Below, piece by piece: positions 24,701 through 42,600 of a stretch of DNA of 64,000 bases. The notes under the pieces are model-generated. The model was given only the letters and a program-made list of their open reading frames with translations, searched no databases and was not told where the DNA came from. Both the position numbers and the translations under genes were made by a program. Source of the DNA: Utricularia gibba (taxonomy: Eukaryota > Plantae > Magnoliophyta). The stretch lies in contig NEEC01000008.1 of NCBI GenBank assembly GCA_002189035.1, positions 1,798,001 to 1,862,000 of the forward strand. Reading direction: 5' to 3'. Every line of letters begins with the position of its first letter. The first letter of the stretch is position 1.

Positions 24701-27700
24701 TCAGAAAAAAAATCATTCATTAGCATCCTTTTAGGCATCTGTGGAGCTTCAGGGCATAAAAGGGATGTGGTCATTGAGGTCTGCAACCGAAGATCCACAC
24801 GATACTTTTTTGGTTGTTAGCTTTATAAGTGAAACAAGGGTTTTGGCAATGAACATAGAGGATGTATTGGAGGAAACTGAGATAGAAGGGTTCAATTCAA
24901 ACCTCCAGACATTATTCTGCCATGATGCTGTTTTTGATCAGCTTGTGCAGGTACGGCTTTTGCAAAAGGCTCGTGTTCTCTATAACAAAAATTTGATAAT
25001 TTCTCCAGTACCAAGTGCCAAATTCACAACACCGAAATTTAGAAATACTAGTGTGTGTTTTTACCATCCTTGTTACTCTTTGCATATTGTCACAGTAACT
25101 GCTTTCTCTGATTTTTAATTGCAAATACATTCAAATGTGTCCATGGATATGTAGTTTTTGGTTACTGTACATCAGTATTGAGATTGATCAAAGAAGATTT
25201 TCAGGTTACTTCTGGTGGTGTTAGGTTGATCAGTTCAACCACCAGGGAATTTCGAAATGAATGGTTACCCCCTGCAGGATATTCAATTAACGTTGCCACC
25301 GCCAATGCCACACAGGTATGATTGTTGTCAATGCCATTTAGATTTCCATCAATATACTTCTGGCCATATGATTTTCTACCCTATTCAGTCTATCAATCTG
25401 AATTTCTCATTAAGTTTTATATCTTTAAGCCGATTGCCCACTGCCACCTTTCAACAAAAGCACCGTTGTTTAATAGTGCGTGCATTAGGAAATATGATAA
25501 CACTTTCAGTTGAACGTTAGGCTAGTTTCTTTGGTATTCCCATCACCGTATGGACTGTGCTATTTCTATTAATTTAAAAGGCAGTATTCATTTTTTATTC
25601 CTTTATTTATTTTCTGTGAATATTGTGTTTACTACTGCATGCCTTAAGTTCTATATAGATAGTGTATTTTTCAGCATTGCTATTTATGAATTCTGGGTTT
25701 TTTTCCAGATTCTCTTGGCTACTGGAGGTGGACACCTAGTCTATCTAGAAATTGGAGACGGTGTGTTGACTGAAGTAAAATATGTTCAATTAGAGTATGA
25801 TATCTCGTGCCTTGACATCCATCCAATTGGTGATAATTCTCAATATAGTCAGTTAGCAGCGGTGGGCATGTGGACAGATATCACTGTTAGGATATTCTCA
25901 CTTCCTGAATTGAATCTTATTACTAAGGAGTCGTTGGGAGGTGAGATAATACCACGTTCAGTGTTGTTGTGCTCTTTTGAGGGGGTAAGTATTTATATTT
26001 TTCTCCAATTAAGAAAAAGATACAATCTTTTCTATGTGGCAGTATAATTACGAAATGCCATTATACTAAAAACAAAAGGAAAACTGACCTTGCAGGGTTG
26101 TTATGATTCTTTAGGTTTCAGCATGCTTTTTGTGCCTGTTTGATCGTCTATTTCTTTTCTTTTAGAATGAGTTTCTAGCTTTTAGGTGTAGTCAGAAACT
26201 TGATCATTGATTAGACAAAAGGGACTGCTGTGACATAGTTCCGGATGTTTTGATTTCAGATATCTTATTTGTTATGCGCTCTCGGAGATGGGCATTTATT
26301 GAATTTTGTGTTGAATCCAAGTACTGGTGAGCTGATGGATAGAAAGAAGGTGTCGTTGGGAACCCAACCGATAGCACTTCGCACCTTTTCATCTAAAAAT
26401 GTGACACATGTTTTTGCTGCTTCTGACAGACCAACTGTCATCTACAGCAGTAACAAGAAACTGCTTTATAGTAATGTAAATTTGAAAGAAGTCACTCATA
26501 TGTGCCAATTCAACTCCGCTGCCTTCCCAGACAGGTAAAAAAAAAAAAAAAAACTTTTATCTTCTGATGATGTGAATGAATCCTTCAAGGCCAACTGTGT
26601 TTTCTTTTGCTTACTGTCTCAGTCTTGCAATTGCGAAAGAAGGCGAGCTGACAATTGGAACAATTGATGATATTCAAAAGCTTCATATACGCACTATCCC
26701 TCTAGGGGAACAGGCTCGACGTATATGTCACCAGGAACAAACTCGTACATTCGCTGTATGTAGTTTAAGGTATAGTCAGTCCAGTGGAGAAGAATATGAG
26801 ACGCACTTTGTGCGGCTCTTGGACGATCAGACTTTTGAGTTTATCTCATTCTACCAACTGGATCAGTTTGAGTATGGGTGCTCTATTCTCAGCTGCTCAT
26901 TCTCAGACGACAATAATGTGTACTACTGCATAGGGACTGCTTATGTGATGCCTGAAGAGAATGAACCTAGCAAGGTATGCTTCTGTGCCGTCACATGCTT
27001 TCTTATAGCACGCACATAAATACAGAGATGCTGTGAAGCTCAGGTTTCATGTTTTCCATCGCATTTTTTCCAGGGTAGAATACTAGTGTTTGCTGTAGAA
27101 GACGGAAAGCTTCAACTAATAACCGAGAAGGAAACCAAAGGGGCAGTTTACACCCTCAATGCCTTCAATGGTAAATTGCTAGCAGCTATTAACCAGAAGA
27201 TTCAGTTGTACAAGTGGGTGCTTAGAGATGATTCCTCCCGTGAGTTGCAATCTGAGTGTGGACACCACGGCCACATTCTTGCCCTTTACGTACAAACTAG
27301 AGGTGATTTCATCGTTGTTGGTGACCTGATGAAGTCCATTTCTCTACTAATTTACAAGGTAATCACATTTCATAGGGGTCGTTGCATTTGTTCAACATGC
27401 TTATATAGTTTCTTGCTTCTTCCATGTTTCCCCAGAATGGTTGCATTTGTTCAACATGCTTATAGTTTCTTGCTTCTTCCATGTTTCTCCAGAATGAAGA
27501 GGGTGCTATCGAGGAGCGAGCACGCGATTACAATGCGAACTGGATGTCTGCTGTCGAGATTCTTGACGACGACATCTACCTCGGAGCAGAGAACAACTTC
27601 AATCTCTTCGCCGTCCGCAAAAACAGTGAAGGAGCAACCGATGAAGAGAGAGCACGTCTCGAGGTGGTAGGCGAGTACCACCTCGGCGAGTTCGTAAACC

Positions 27701-28074
27701 GGTTCCGGCACGGCTCCCTCGTCATGCGGCTGCCGGATTCGGACGTTGGTCAGATTCCGACCATCATATTCGGCACCGTGAATGGGGCCATCGGAGTCAT
27801 CGCATCCCTGCCACATGACCAGTACGTCTTCTTAGACAAGCTGCAGACCAGTCTCAGGAAGGTGATCAAGGGCGTCGGAGGGCTCAGCCACGAGCAATGG
27901 AGATCCTTCTACAACGAGAAGAAGACGATCGAATCTCGGAACTTCCTGGATGGCGACTTGATCGAATCGTTCCTCGACCTCAGCCGGAGCAGGATGGAAG
28001 AGATCTCCAAAGCCATGAACGTACCTGTGGAGGAGCTGATGAAGCGAGTAGAAGAGCTAACCAGGCTACATTAG
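21786..28074 (+). CDS. DDB1: DNA damage-binding protein 1 (CUL4 adaptor), multi-exon; -1 frameshift at 23976-23978 in this sequence
   Basis: [44 protein letters not shown]|[62 protein letters not shown]-terminal [13 protein letters not shown]. Confidence 0.97.
27381..27496 (+). repeat. Tandem duplication (59 + 57 bp) of the 3' end of the last DDB1 intron, including the acceptor
   Basis: Copy 1 at 27381-27439, copy 2 at 27440-27496; they differ by a 2-bp indel (ttatatag/ttatag) and one substitution (ttccccag/ttctccag). Confidence 0.95.
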
Positions 28075-29345
28075 GCGCCCGCCATCTGTGTAACTGCACT
28101 AAGCCTCCCGTTCTTTATCTACTTTGCACGTTTCTATATTACATAACTACGCGCACTGTCCATGTTCATGCAACTGCAACTTCCTGTCCTCACAGGTTCA
28201 TCTCATTCCTTGCACTGCCAAATTTAACATTTTGAAACTGAATCCATCATCCCTTTGTCGTTGTTTAAAATTTTTTGAACTCAAAATTCTCACCCACTTA
28301 GTCGCATTTTTTTTTTCTTTTTTTGTCTGAGAGAGCAGCAGTTACTGTTCTTGCTTCAACCATTCTGTCGGATTCCTACAGTATGAACATAGGGATGATG
28401 GTGATGAGGTGAAATGCTATTTCAATTAAAAATAATTATTCGTGAAAAAAAAGCATAGGTGTCAGATAAGGAATATGCCATCCACTTAAACAAAGTCAAA
28501 TTAGGAATATTATAAGAGAATCTGGGGAGATGGAATTGATTGAACAAGCAGACAAGGATAAATTTTGTAGAGTGAAGTCAAATGTGCATGGGGTTTTCTA
28601 ATGATCGGTTGGTTGTATTTCCAAGGGGCTACTGGACTGGAGTCTGACTCGGGCTCTGTTTCACTTTCTTCAATCATAATGCCGTGCGTCATCAATGACG
28701 ACGCTTGCAACGGGTACTTGTTGTCGTTCCCTGGCTGTCTTTGTTCAGCTCGATTTTGTTCCGGATGCACTTGTTCTCGGTGGTCCCTGCCTTTGTCTAC
28801 ATATCGGGGAAGTGCTTGCTGGTTGGTGGTTCTGTGTTTTTCTGTTTTTAAGAACCTGGATGCTCATCAGTATTTGGGCCAAGGTTCACTAACATGTCGA
28901 GCTAAGATTTGAGGTACTGTCATGCTTCTGAAAACGTTGAAGGTTTTCTTGGATTGGGAAGTCGAAAGTCGAAGAGTTTTGCGTTCCCTTTTGATGATTT
29001 TACCTACTGTGATGTTGATCAGTGTGTTGTCTTTATGGTCACAGTGCAGTGAGTCGTGGTGTACGCAGACGTATCTAGTTCAGTTTTCCATGTAATGAAA
29101 TGCATTTTCTTTAACAGATATGTAATGAAGTGTATGAAAAGTGAAAAACCGTTGTACAACCATAGTGTCAGATAGACTCTCCTTTTTTTTAGGATACCTT
29201 TTTTCTGTCGCTAGGAGCCATTTCTACCTTCAAAATTGGCCATGAAGGCATTTTTTGTATGTTTGTCTGCGCTACAATTCCGTTGACATGCCATGGTTGA
29301 CATGCAGGATTAAGGGCCAGAAGTTCACCCAGTTTTCTGGCTAGG

Positions 29346-36155
<6,810 letters not shown>

Positions 36156-36929
36156 GAACGCGACAGCACGTGCATGTAAGATATAATATAATGATGGGCA
36201 ATGTGCCAATAATATTTCCACACGTGGCCGTTGTCGGAACCAGTTTCAGTCACGTTTTTTTCATTTATTTATATTTGGATACTCGATTCGTTAAACGCCG
36301 CCGACAGAAGGGTTGTTTCTTCTTAAACAAAGAGCTGCTGCTTTGTTTTTTCAGAAATTCAAAGTCAAAACTGTGTTCAGCCGTCACGTCAACCTACGCT
36401 AATAAGTCAATGATTAGGAAGGCATTCGTGTAATAATTGACTCCTTTTTGGAATCTCTGGGTTTTCGCGGCACCCCAGGCCGCCATTTTTATCTTCCTTG
36501 TCTCCTATTTATCCTCTTGGAATCTTCCGGTGGTCCTCACGGCGGTTATTGTCAAAAACTGAGATTTCAGGCACCCTTTTTTATTGGGATGCTTGTGGGC
36601 AGCGCAGCGTTTTTTGTTTCTAAAGAATAACTGGGTTTGTTTGTTTTTTTGTCGGAGATTTGACTGATCCTGGGGTTTCCTTTTGGATCTTATGGTATTT
36701 TTTTGGTGTAGAAGAATGCTCTGGTTCCAAGATGTTCGTTGATTTTTTCCAGAGATGAAAAGAGTGATTTCTTACGTCCTTTTTTATTGATCTAGAAACG
36801 GCACTGATAAGTAATTGCTTGCGTAGCGTCCTGATGCGTTTTGGTTGAGCATTTTCTACTGCATTAATTGCATTTATGAGAGAGCCGGAGCCATCAATTC
36901 TACATTTTCTGTCTTGACTTTTGCGGTAT

Positions 36930-37035
36930 CGGAGTTCTAGACCAGGCTACCCAGTTATATCTGCTTCAGCCTGGAGGTTCAGAGTGTTCTTCCCAGAGAT
37001 TCCTTCCCGGAGTTCTAGACCAGGCTATACAGTTA
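36930..37035 (+). repeat. 28-bp direct repeat in the 5' non-coding region of the NPH3-family gene
   Basis: cggagttctagaccaggctacccagtta (36930-36957) versus cggagttctagaccaggctatacagtta (37008-37035), 2 mismatches. Confidence 0.85.
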
Positions 37036-37116
37036 CTGGTTTTGGGCTTCAGAGGACTCGGGATTTAATGAAATTCTTCTCAGAGTTTTCCTCATATTAG
37101 CTCCTGGGTTTCAGAC

Positions 37117-39216
37117 ATGGCTTCTGTGAAGCTGGGATCCAAATCTGATTCTTTCCGGAGACATGGAAGCACCTGGTTCGCATTTTCCAATTTTTGTCCT
37201 ATCCGCACTGTTGATGTTCTCAATTTTCACTGTTACATTGCTTGCTGATCAATGGATTCCTGTGTTTTCTGGCCTCCTGTCCATAGGTTCTGCACGACTG
37301 GTCTTCCTAGTGATGTAGTTGTACAAGTTGGGGAAATATCATTCCATCTTCACAAGGTAATATTGACATTCTTTCTCTTGTTTCCGGATGCAAAACTTGA
37401 GCAGATTCTCACTGTTAGTGGACCCAATGTTCCAGTTCCCGCTGCTGTCAAGGAGCAGACTCATGGAAAGATTGATCTCTGAGGCCCCTGAGGCTGAAAA
37501 AGGCTCCGTGATTGAACTATCAAGCATTCCAGGGGGGACAAAACATTTGAACTTGTAGCCAAATTCTGCTATGGGGTGAAGCTTGAACTCACTGCTGCAA
37601 ATGTTGTTTACCTCCGGTGTGCAGCTGAGCATCTTGAGATGACTGAAGAATATGGAGAGAATAATCTCCTGCTGCAAACTGAAAACTTCCTCGATCAGGT
37701 TGTTCTCCGAAGCTGGAAAGATTCACTGAGAGCTCTGGAGACATGTGATGATGATCATCTCCACTCATCTGCTGAAGATCTTCAAATACCATCACGTTGC
37801 ATTGAATCCATGGCCGCCAAGGCTTGCACTGATCCAAGTTTATTTGGTTGGCCGATAGTGGAGAACCCTGTGCTGTGGAATGGACTGAGCGCTGGGGATC
37901 AGTCACATGAATCCAGATTGGATTGGTGGTATGAGGATGCATCATCTTTGAGCCTCTCCTCCTACAAGAAGCTCATTTCAGCAATGGAAGTTAGAGGTAT
38001 GAAGCAGGAGATAATTGCCGGGTCACTTGTATGCTATGCAAGAAGGTATCTCCCTGGTCTGCAGGGGCGCAACCATGCTACAGGATCAAGCAACCGGTTC
38101 ATGATGGAGAAGGCGATGCTATCTGAAGAGGATCAAAGGCTTCTGGTTGAAGAGATCAGTTTGCTGCTCCCAACGCAGAAGGGTTTGGTCCCAACGAAAT
38201 TCCTGTGCAGTCTACTGAAGACAGCCAGGATTCTTCATGCAAAACCAACCTGCATATCTGGTTTGGAGAGAAGAGTAGGGATGCAGCTTGATCAGGCAAG
38301 TCTTGAAGATCTGCTGATGCCAAATCTTTCTCATTCTGCGGAGGTCCTCTATGATACCGACTGTGTACACCGGATTCTGGAGCACTTCCTGAGCATGGAT
38401 CGGAGTGTGGGCGATGGATCCCCTGGTTTCGATGAGGATGACCGGATACCAGAATCATCATCATTGACACCGATGATATCAGTTGCTAAGCTGATAGATG
38501 GATACCTTGCAGAGGTGGCACCTGATGTGAATCTGAAACTCTCCAAGTTTCACTCCCTTGCTGCAGCTGTGCCGGAGTATGCACGCCCCTTGGACGACGG
38601 ACTGTATCGGGCAATCGACATCTATATGAAGGTAACACACTCCACAGATCCTGTAATTCCATTTGCAAGAAGATATAGGAAGCTGACCTTCTGATGTCCC
38701 AAAGTGCAGTCACATCCTTGGCTTGTGGAGTCAGACAGAGAAACACTCTGCAGACTGATGGTCTGCCAGAAGCTCTCCTCAGAAGGATGCACACACGCAG
38801 CTCAAAATGAGAGGCTCCCATTGAGGACCATAATCCAAGTCCTCTTCTTTGAGCAGTTGCAGCTGCGGACCTCAATTTCCGCCTGCTTCCTAGCGTCAGA
38901 TGAGCTCGAGGGATCAAGTTCTCAGCCACTGCGGATGGAGAACGTGGGGAGCTGGGAGAGAGCAGTGAGGGAGAACCAATTGCTCAAAGTCAGCATGGAC
39001 AGCATGAGAGCGCGAGTGTCTGAACTGGAGAGGGAGTGCTCCAAGATGAGGCTGCAAATCGGCAAGCTGTCGAAGTCCATGGGTGGCTCTGCAAGTACAA
39101 CAACGACGACCAGCAAGTGGGGAAATGTTTCCAAGAAGTTCAGCTCAAAGTTCAAGTCCCAAATGTGTAGCGCCCAGGAAGGCTCTGTGAGTAACGGCAG
39201 CAGCAGCAGAACCTAG
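37117..39216 (+). CDS. BTB/POZ-NPH3 family protein (At1g30440-like), 4 exons; -1 frameshift at 37532-37537 in this sequence
   Basis: MASVKLGSKSDSFRRHGSTW|FCTTGLPSDVVVQVGEISFHLHK|FPLLSRS, FELVAKFCYGVK, LERRVGMQLDQASLEDLL, RPLDDGLYRAIDIYMK|SHPWL, HAAQNERLPLRTIIQVLFFEQLQLR. Confidence 0.92.
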
Positions 39217-39607
39217 AAAGGCTCTGATCTGTGGCAAATACTTTTCCTGTCCTTTCTTTCCATGCTTTTTTGTTATCATCTCATAGAAATAAGGAATTGA
39301 ATCCATATTCCAGAGTTCATATGTAAATCAGAAAAAGTACAATAAAACTTAACAGCAGTAGACACATGTCTTTGTAGCAGCTGTGCGTAAGAAACAAAAA
39401 AAAAAAACAAATCTTTTGAAAAAGCCAGTGCCAACGTTACAAACCACAGTTAGTTGGCATGAATCACCCTCCGCTTTATTCATTCTTCTATTCTTCAGAT
39501 GTGAAGGTTTGGAGGCAGCATTCTCTGTACTGTTGTTACCTGTCATGAACAGCTTCACGGAACTGCATCTTACCAATGCGATGCAGGTGCTAAACTTCAT
39601 CCTGAAA

Positions 39608-42600
39608 CTATGCACCTGAAGGATTCATAGAATCAGACATTTTTACCAATGCGGTGATCAGCTTCACTGAAGGATTCGTGCCAGTGTCGTCTTCTGAACG
39701 AGGCGAACTGTCAATGACGGAAGTCCCTGCAGATTCGGTGGCAGAAGGAACTGCACCATCTGCTTGAATTAGATTTGGCCCGGCAGTGTTTGAAGATGGG
39801 GCGTGAGCTTCACTGGGCAACTCGGGGCGCTTGTACTAGGAGAAGGTTCGGAACTTGTTCCCTGTTCAACCCACCCAGGGAGTTTGTCAGAACCACTGGC
39901 TTCGGGTTTTGTAGGGTCGGATGAATTGATAGGCTCATGGTCATCTAGCTCCGGTTTTGGTTCCGGAAGAATAGAAGAGGCAGTGCTCTCCAAATCTTTG
40001 CTTTCTTCGTCCATGAGCTTGTCCTTTTCTGTGTCAACACTTTCGTGCCCAACTGGAGAGGGAGAAGATGATGCCACAGAGCCAGGAGGGGCATGCTCAT
40101 CAGTCATCTGGTCATCCTCAAATGCGAACCAGTTGGACTTGCTAAATAAAGACCCACTGCACAAACATCGACACTCAGATGCATGTAGTTTCCGAAAAAA
40201 ATTAAATGAATAAATAAAAGCAGATGCAGCATTTTTCAGATGAGGAAGTTGGAAAGACGGCAAAACGCAAAGTATTTCTCCTAACCTTTCCTGGTCATCT
40301 CCTAATCGAAGAGAGGAATTTACAACTTCAGCAGACTCATCATCGAAGTACACATCCTGAAAGCACAAGCACGAAAATTTTCTATTGATATAATCCAGCC
40401 TAAAAAGCTTCACAAAAAAGACGGGGCATGGACAAAAAAGGCAAAAAGCTCAGAAACAAGTAATTCTGCAAGCCATTTTTGAGGCATGCACCGCACCCAT
40501 TCATTATATTTTGAATTTGATATTAATTGGCGATTAGCAAACAAAACCCTTTTATATACCTCGTCATCATGTTCAGTAGAACCACGAACCTGCAGAGAAC
40601 AGGGGAATGGCAGTCAGATCCATGTAGCTACATATAATAAGACATACAGAAGTATTTTTTCCGTGTCAATTATGCATAAAAAACTATATGGAGAAATTAT
40701 ATAAGCCACCTCTTCAGCAGTATCATTGTTGTAAATTCCATATCGGAATGCCTGGCTCAAATTATTCGCTAGAGCAGCAACATCATGATCTCTGTCTTGG
40801 TAGTCATCGTCATCACTATCTCTCATCTGGTCTTGTACAGAATTCGGTCTCCTGCAAAGAATAAATACCACGCGTCTGGTCAATACGGAGACAACTATAA
40901 TTGAGTGTACCCTGAAATTGTACAAAAAAAAAAAGGTCTCGTTACAAATTTAAAGAACGCCCAAAGAATCAAAATCAATTTTCCAGCATGCCAGAACACC
41001 AACAGTATGACGTTGTACTATAGTCTGGTGGGTGAGTACTTTCTTCACGATATACTTCCCACATTATACATATCACTATTCATTGAGATCTTTGGGGCAA
41101 ACCAATCGAAAAATCAGAAGGTCCCTTGGAAAATTGCTGTCATAACATTTGCGGAATAATATTGCATGTTGAGGGATTTCAATTTTTCAGAGATACTTTC
41201 CCATCATTCAAAACACACTAGCATGGAATCAGACTGCATGTCATCTGGCAGCTTGAAGTATGAGCGTTCAAAGTTGTTGATTATAATGAAACCAGATTTG
41301 AATCACTAACCCGCATGCCCAATGGGAAACATTCTCCAAAGTATTCCGTTTAACCAAAACGTTTGTGTGCCATTCAACCCAGTCACTATTATCCTGCAGA
41401 CAAAAAAATTCATAAAGCCCAAGACAACAGCAGGATATGATCTTTTCTGAACATCCTTTAATTAAACAATGAATTGGTTGTACACAATCATGTAAATGGA
41501 TATAAATTGTGGACATCAGATCACTCTAGCGATACACCGATATTTGGTAAATATACAAACAAAAAATGTTCAATGATGAAAGTTGAACGAAGAAAGAAAA
41601 ACCTGTAAAAATGCCTGTATCTCACTGTTTCTATTTGCCAACTGAACAAGCTTATTAGAAAGACGTGTCAGGTGGCCAATATTTCCTATCCGTGGGGCTG
41701 CCGTCCTTCCGCAGGTTGTGTAGGCTGCAGATAAGTGATAAAAGGAGTCATTGCTGAAACATGAAACTTTTGGAAAAAGCTCCATCAATTTATGTGCACA
41801 ATCTGAGAATTAAAGGAAGTAACAGTATTGTTGATGAAAAGACACATCATTACCTTGTGTGAGTTAAATGCCAATGTACAATCCTTTTCTGCTTCAAGTA
41901 TCCGCCCAATAAGATTACAGTGATGAAGCAGATACATGACAACCTGAGAATTGGTGCTCTCCATGCAAGAGAGCAAAATGCGTTCAACATGATGATGTGA
42001 GAAGTTATTGAATGGATACCTGAGGAGTCAATACTTTCAATTAGTACAGAATCATCACAATAAGGTGGAATAACTATGGAAAAAAGAGATCGAAATTACT
42101 TGAAAAACAGGTCCAAAAGATGCTGGATGGCATCAAGTAGAATCAATTCGTTTTCCACAGCTTCATTGCCAACAGCCAACAGGACTGATATGAATTCTAT
42201 AATCTGAAAAGCAAACAATCAATGAACGTCTTACTTGACACAGATTATCAAACTGATAAGTAACGAATTGGAGCATAAGACAAAGAGAAGTTTTTCACAA
42301 ATTTAAAGATGAACAATCACTCGAAGTAGCGAAGTGTCCTTGGACATGAAGTAACCAAATGCATGACAAGCCTTGTTCATACAACCATAGAAACACCAGA
42401 AAGATTCCTTGATGCAATTATAAGTTTGAGAACTCAATGGCATCAGGAACAAGAAAACAACCTTCAAACGATGCTTTCCTAGAGGAGGCTGTAGCATTCC
42501 ATATGTAGTTATCAACGTGTGGTCCTCTGATGAAATATCCAAAAGCTTAAGCAGACCACCTGTACATTTGTTTTAACAAAAAAAGATACCATGAGAAGAA

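Noticed and set aside
28500-28920. Short ORFs upstream of the ABCC gene
   Set aside because: No recognisable homology; better explained as promoter or 5' UTR sequence.
36930-37035. gaccaggct within the direct repeat matches part of miR166
   Set aside because: Only 9 nt, with no full mature sequence or precursor hairpin.
39803-40213. 136-aa plus-strand ORF
   Set aside because: Antisense shadow of the low-complexity SAPS last exon.
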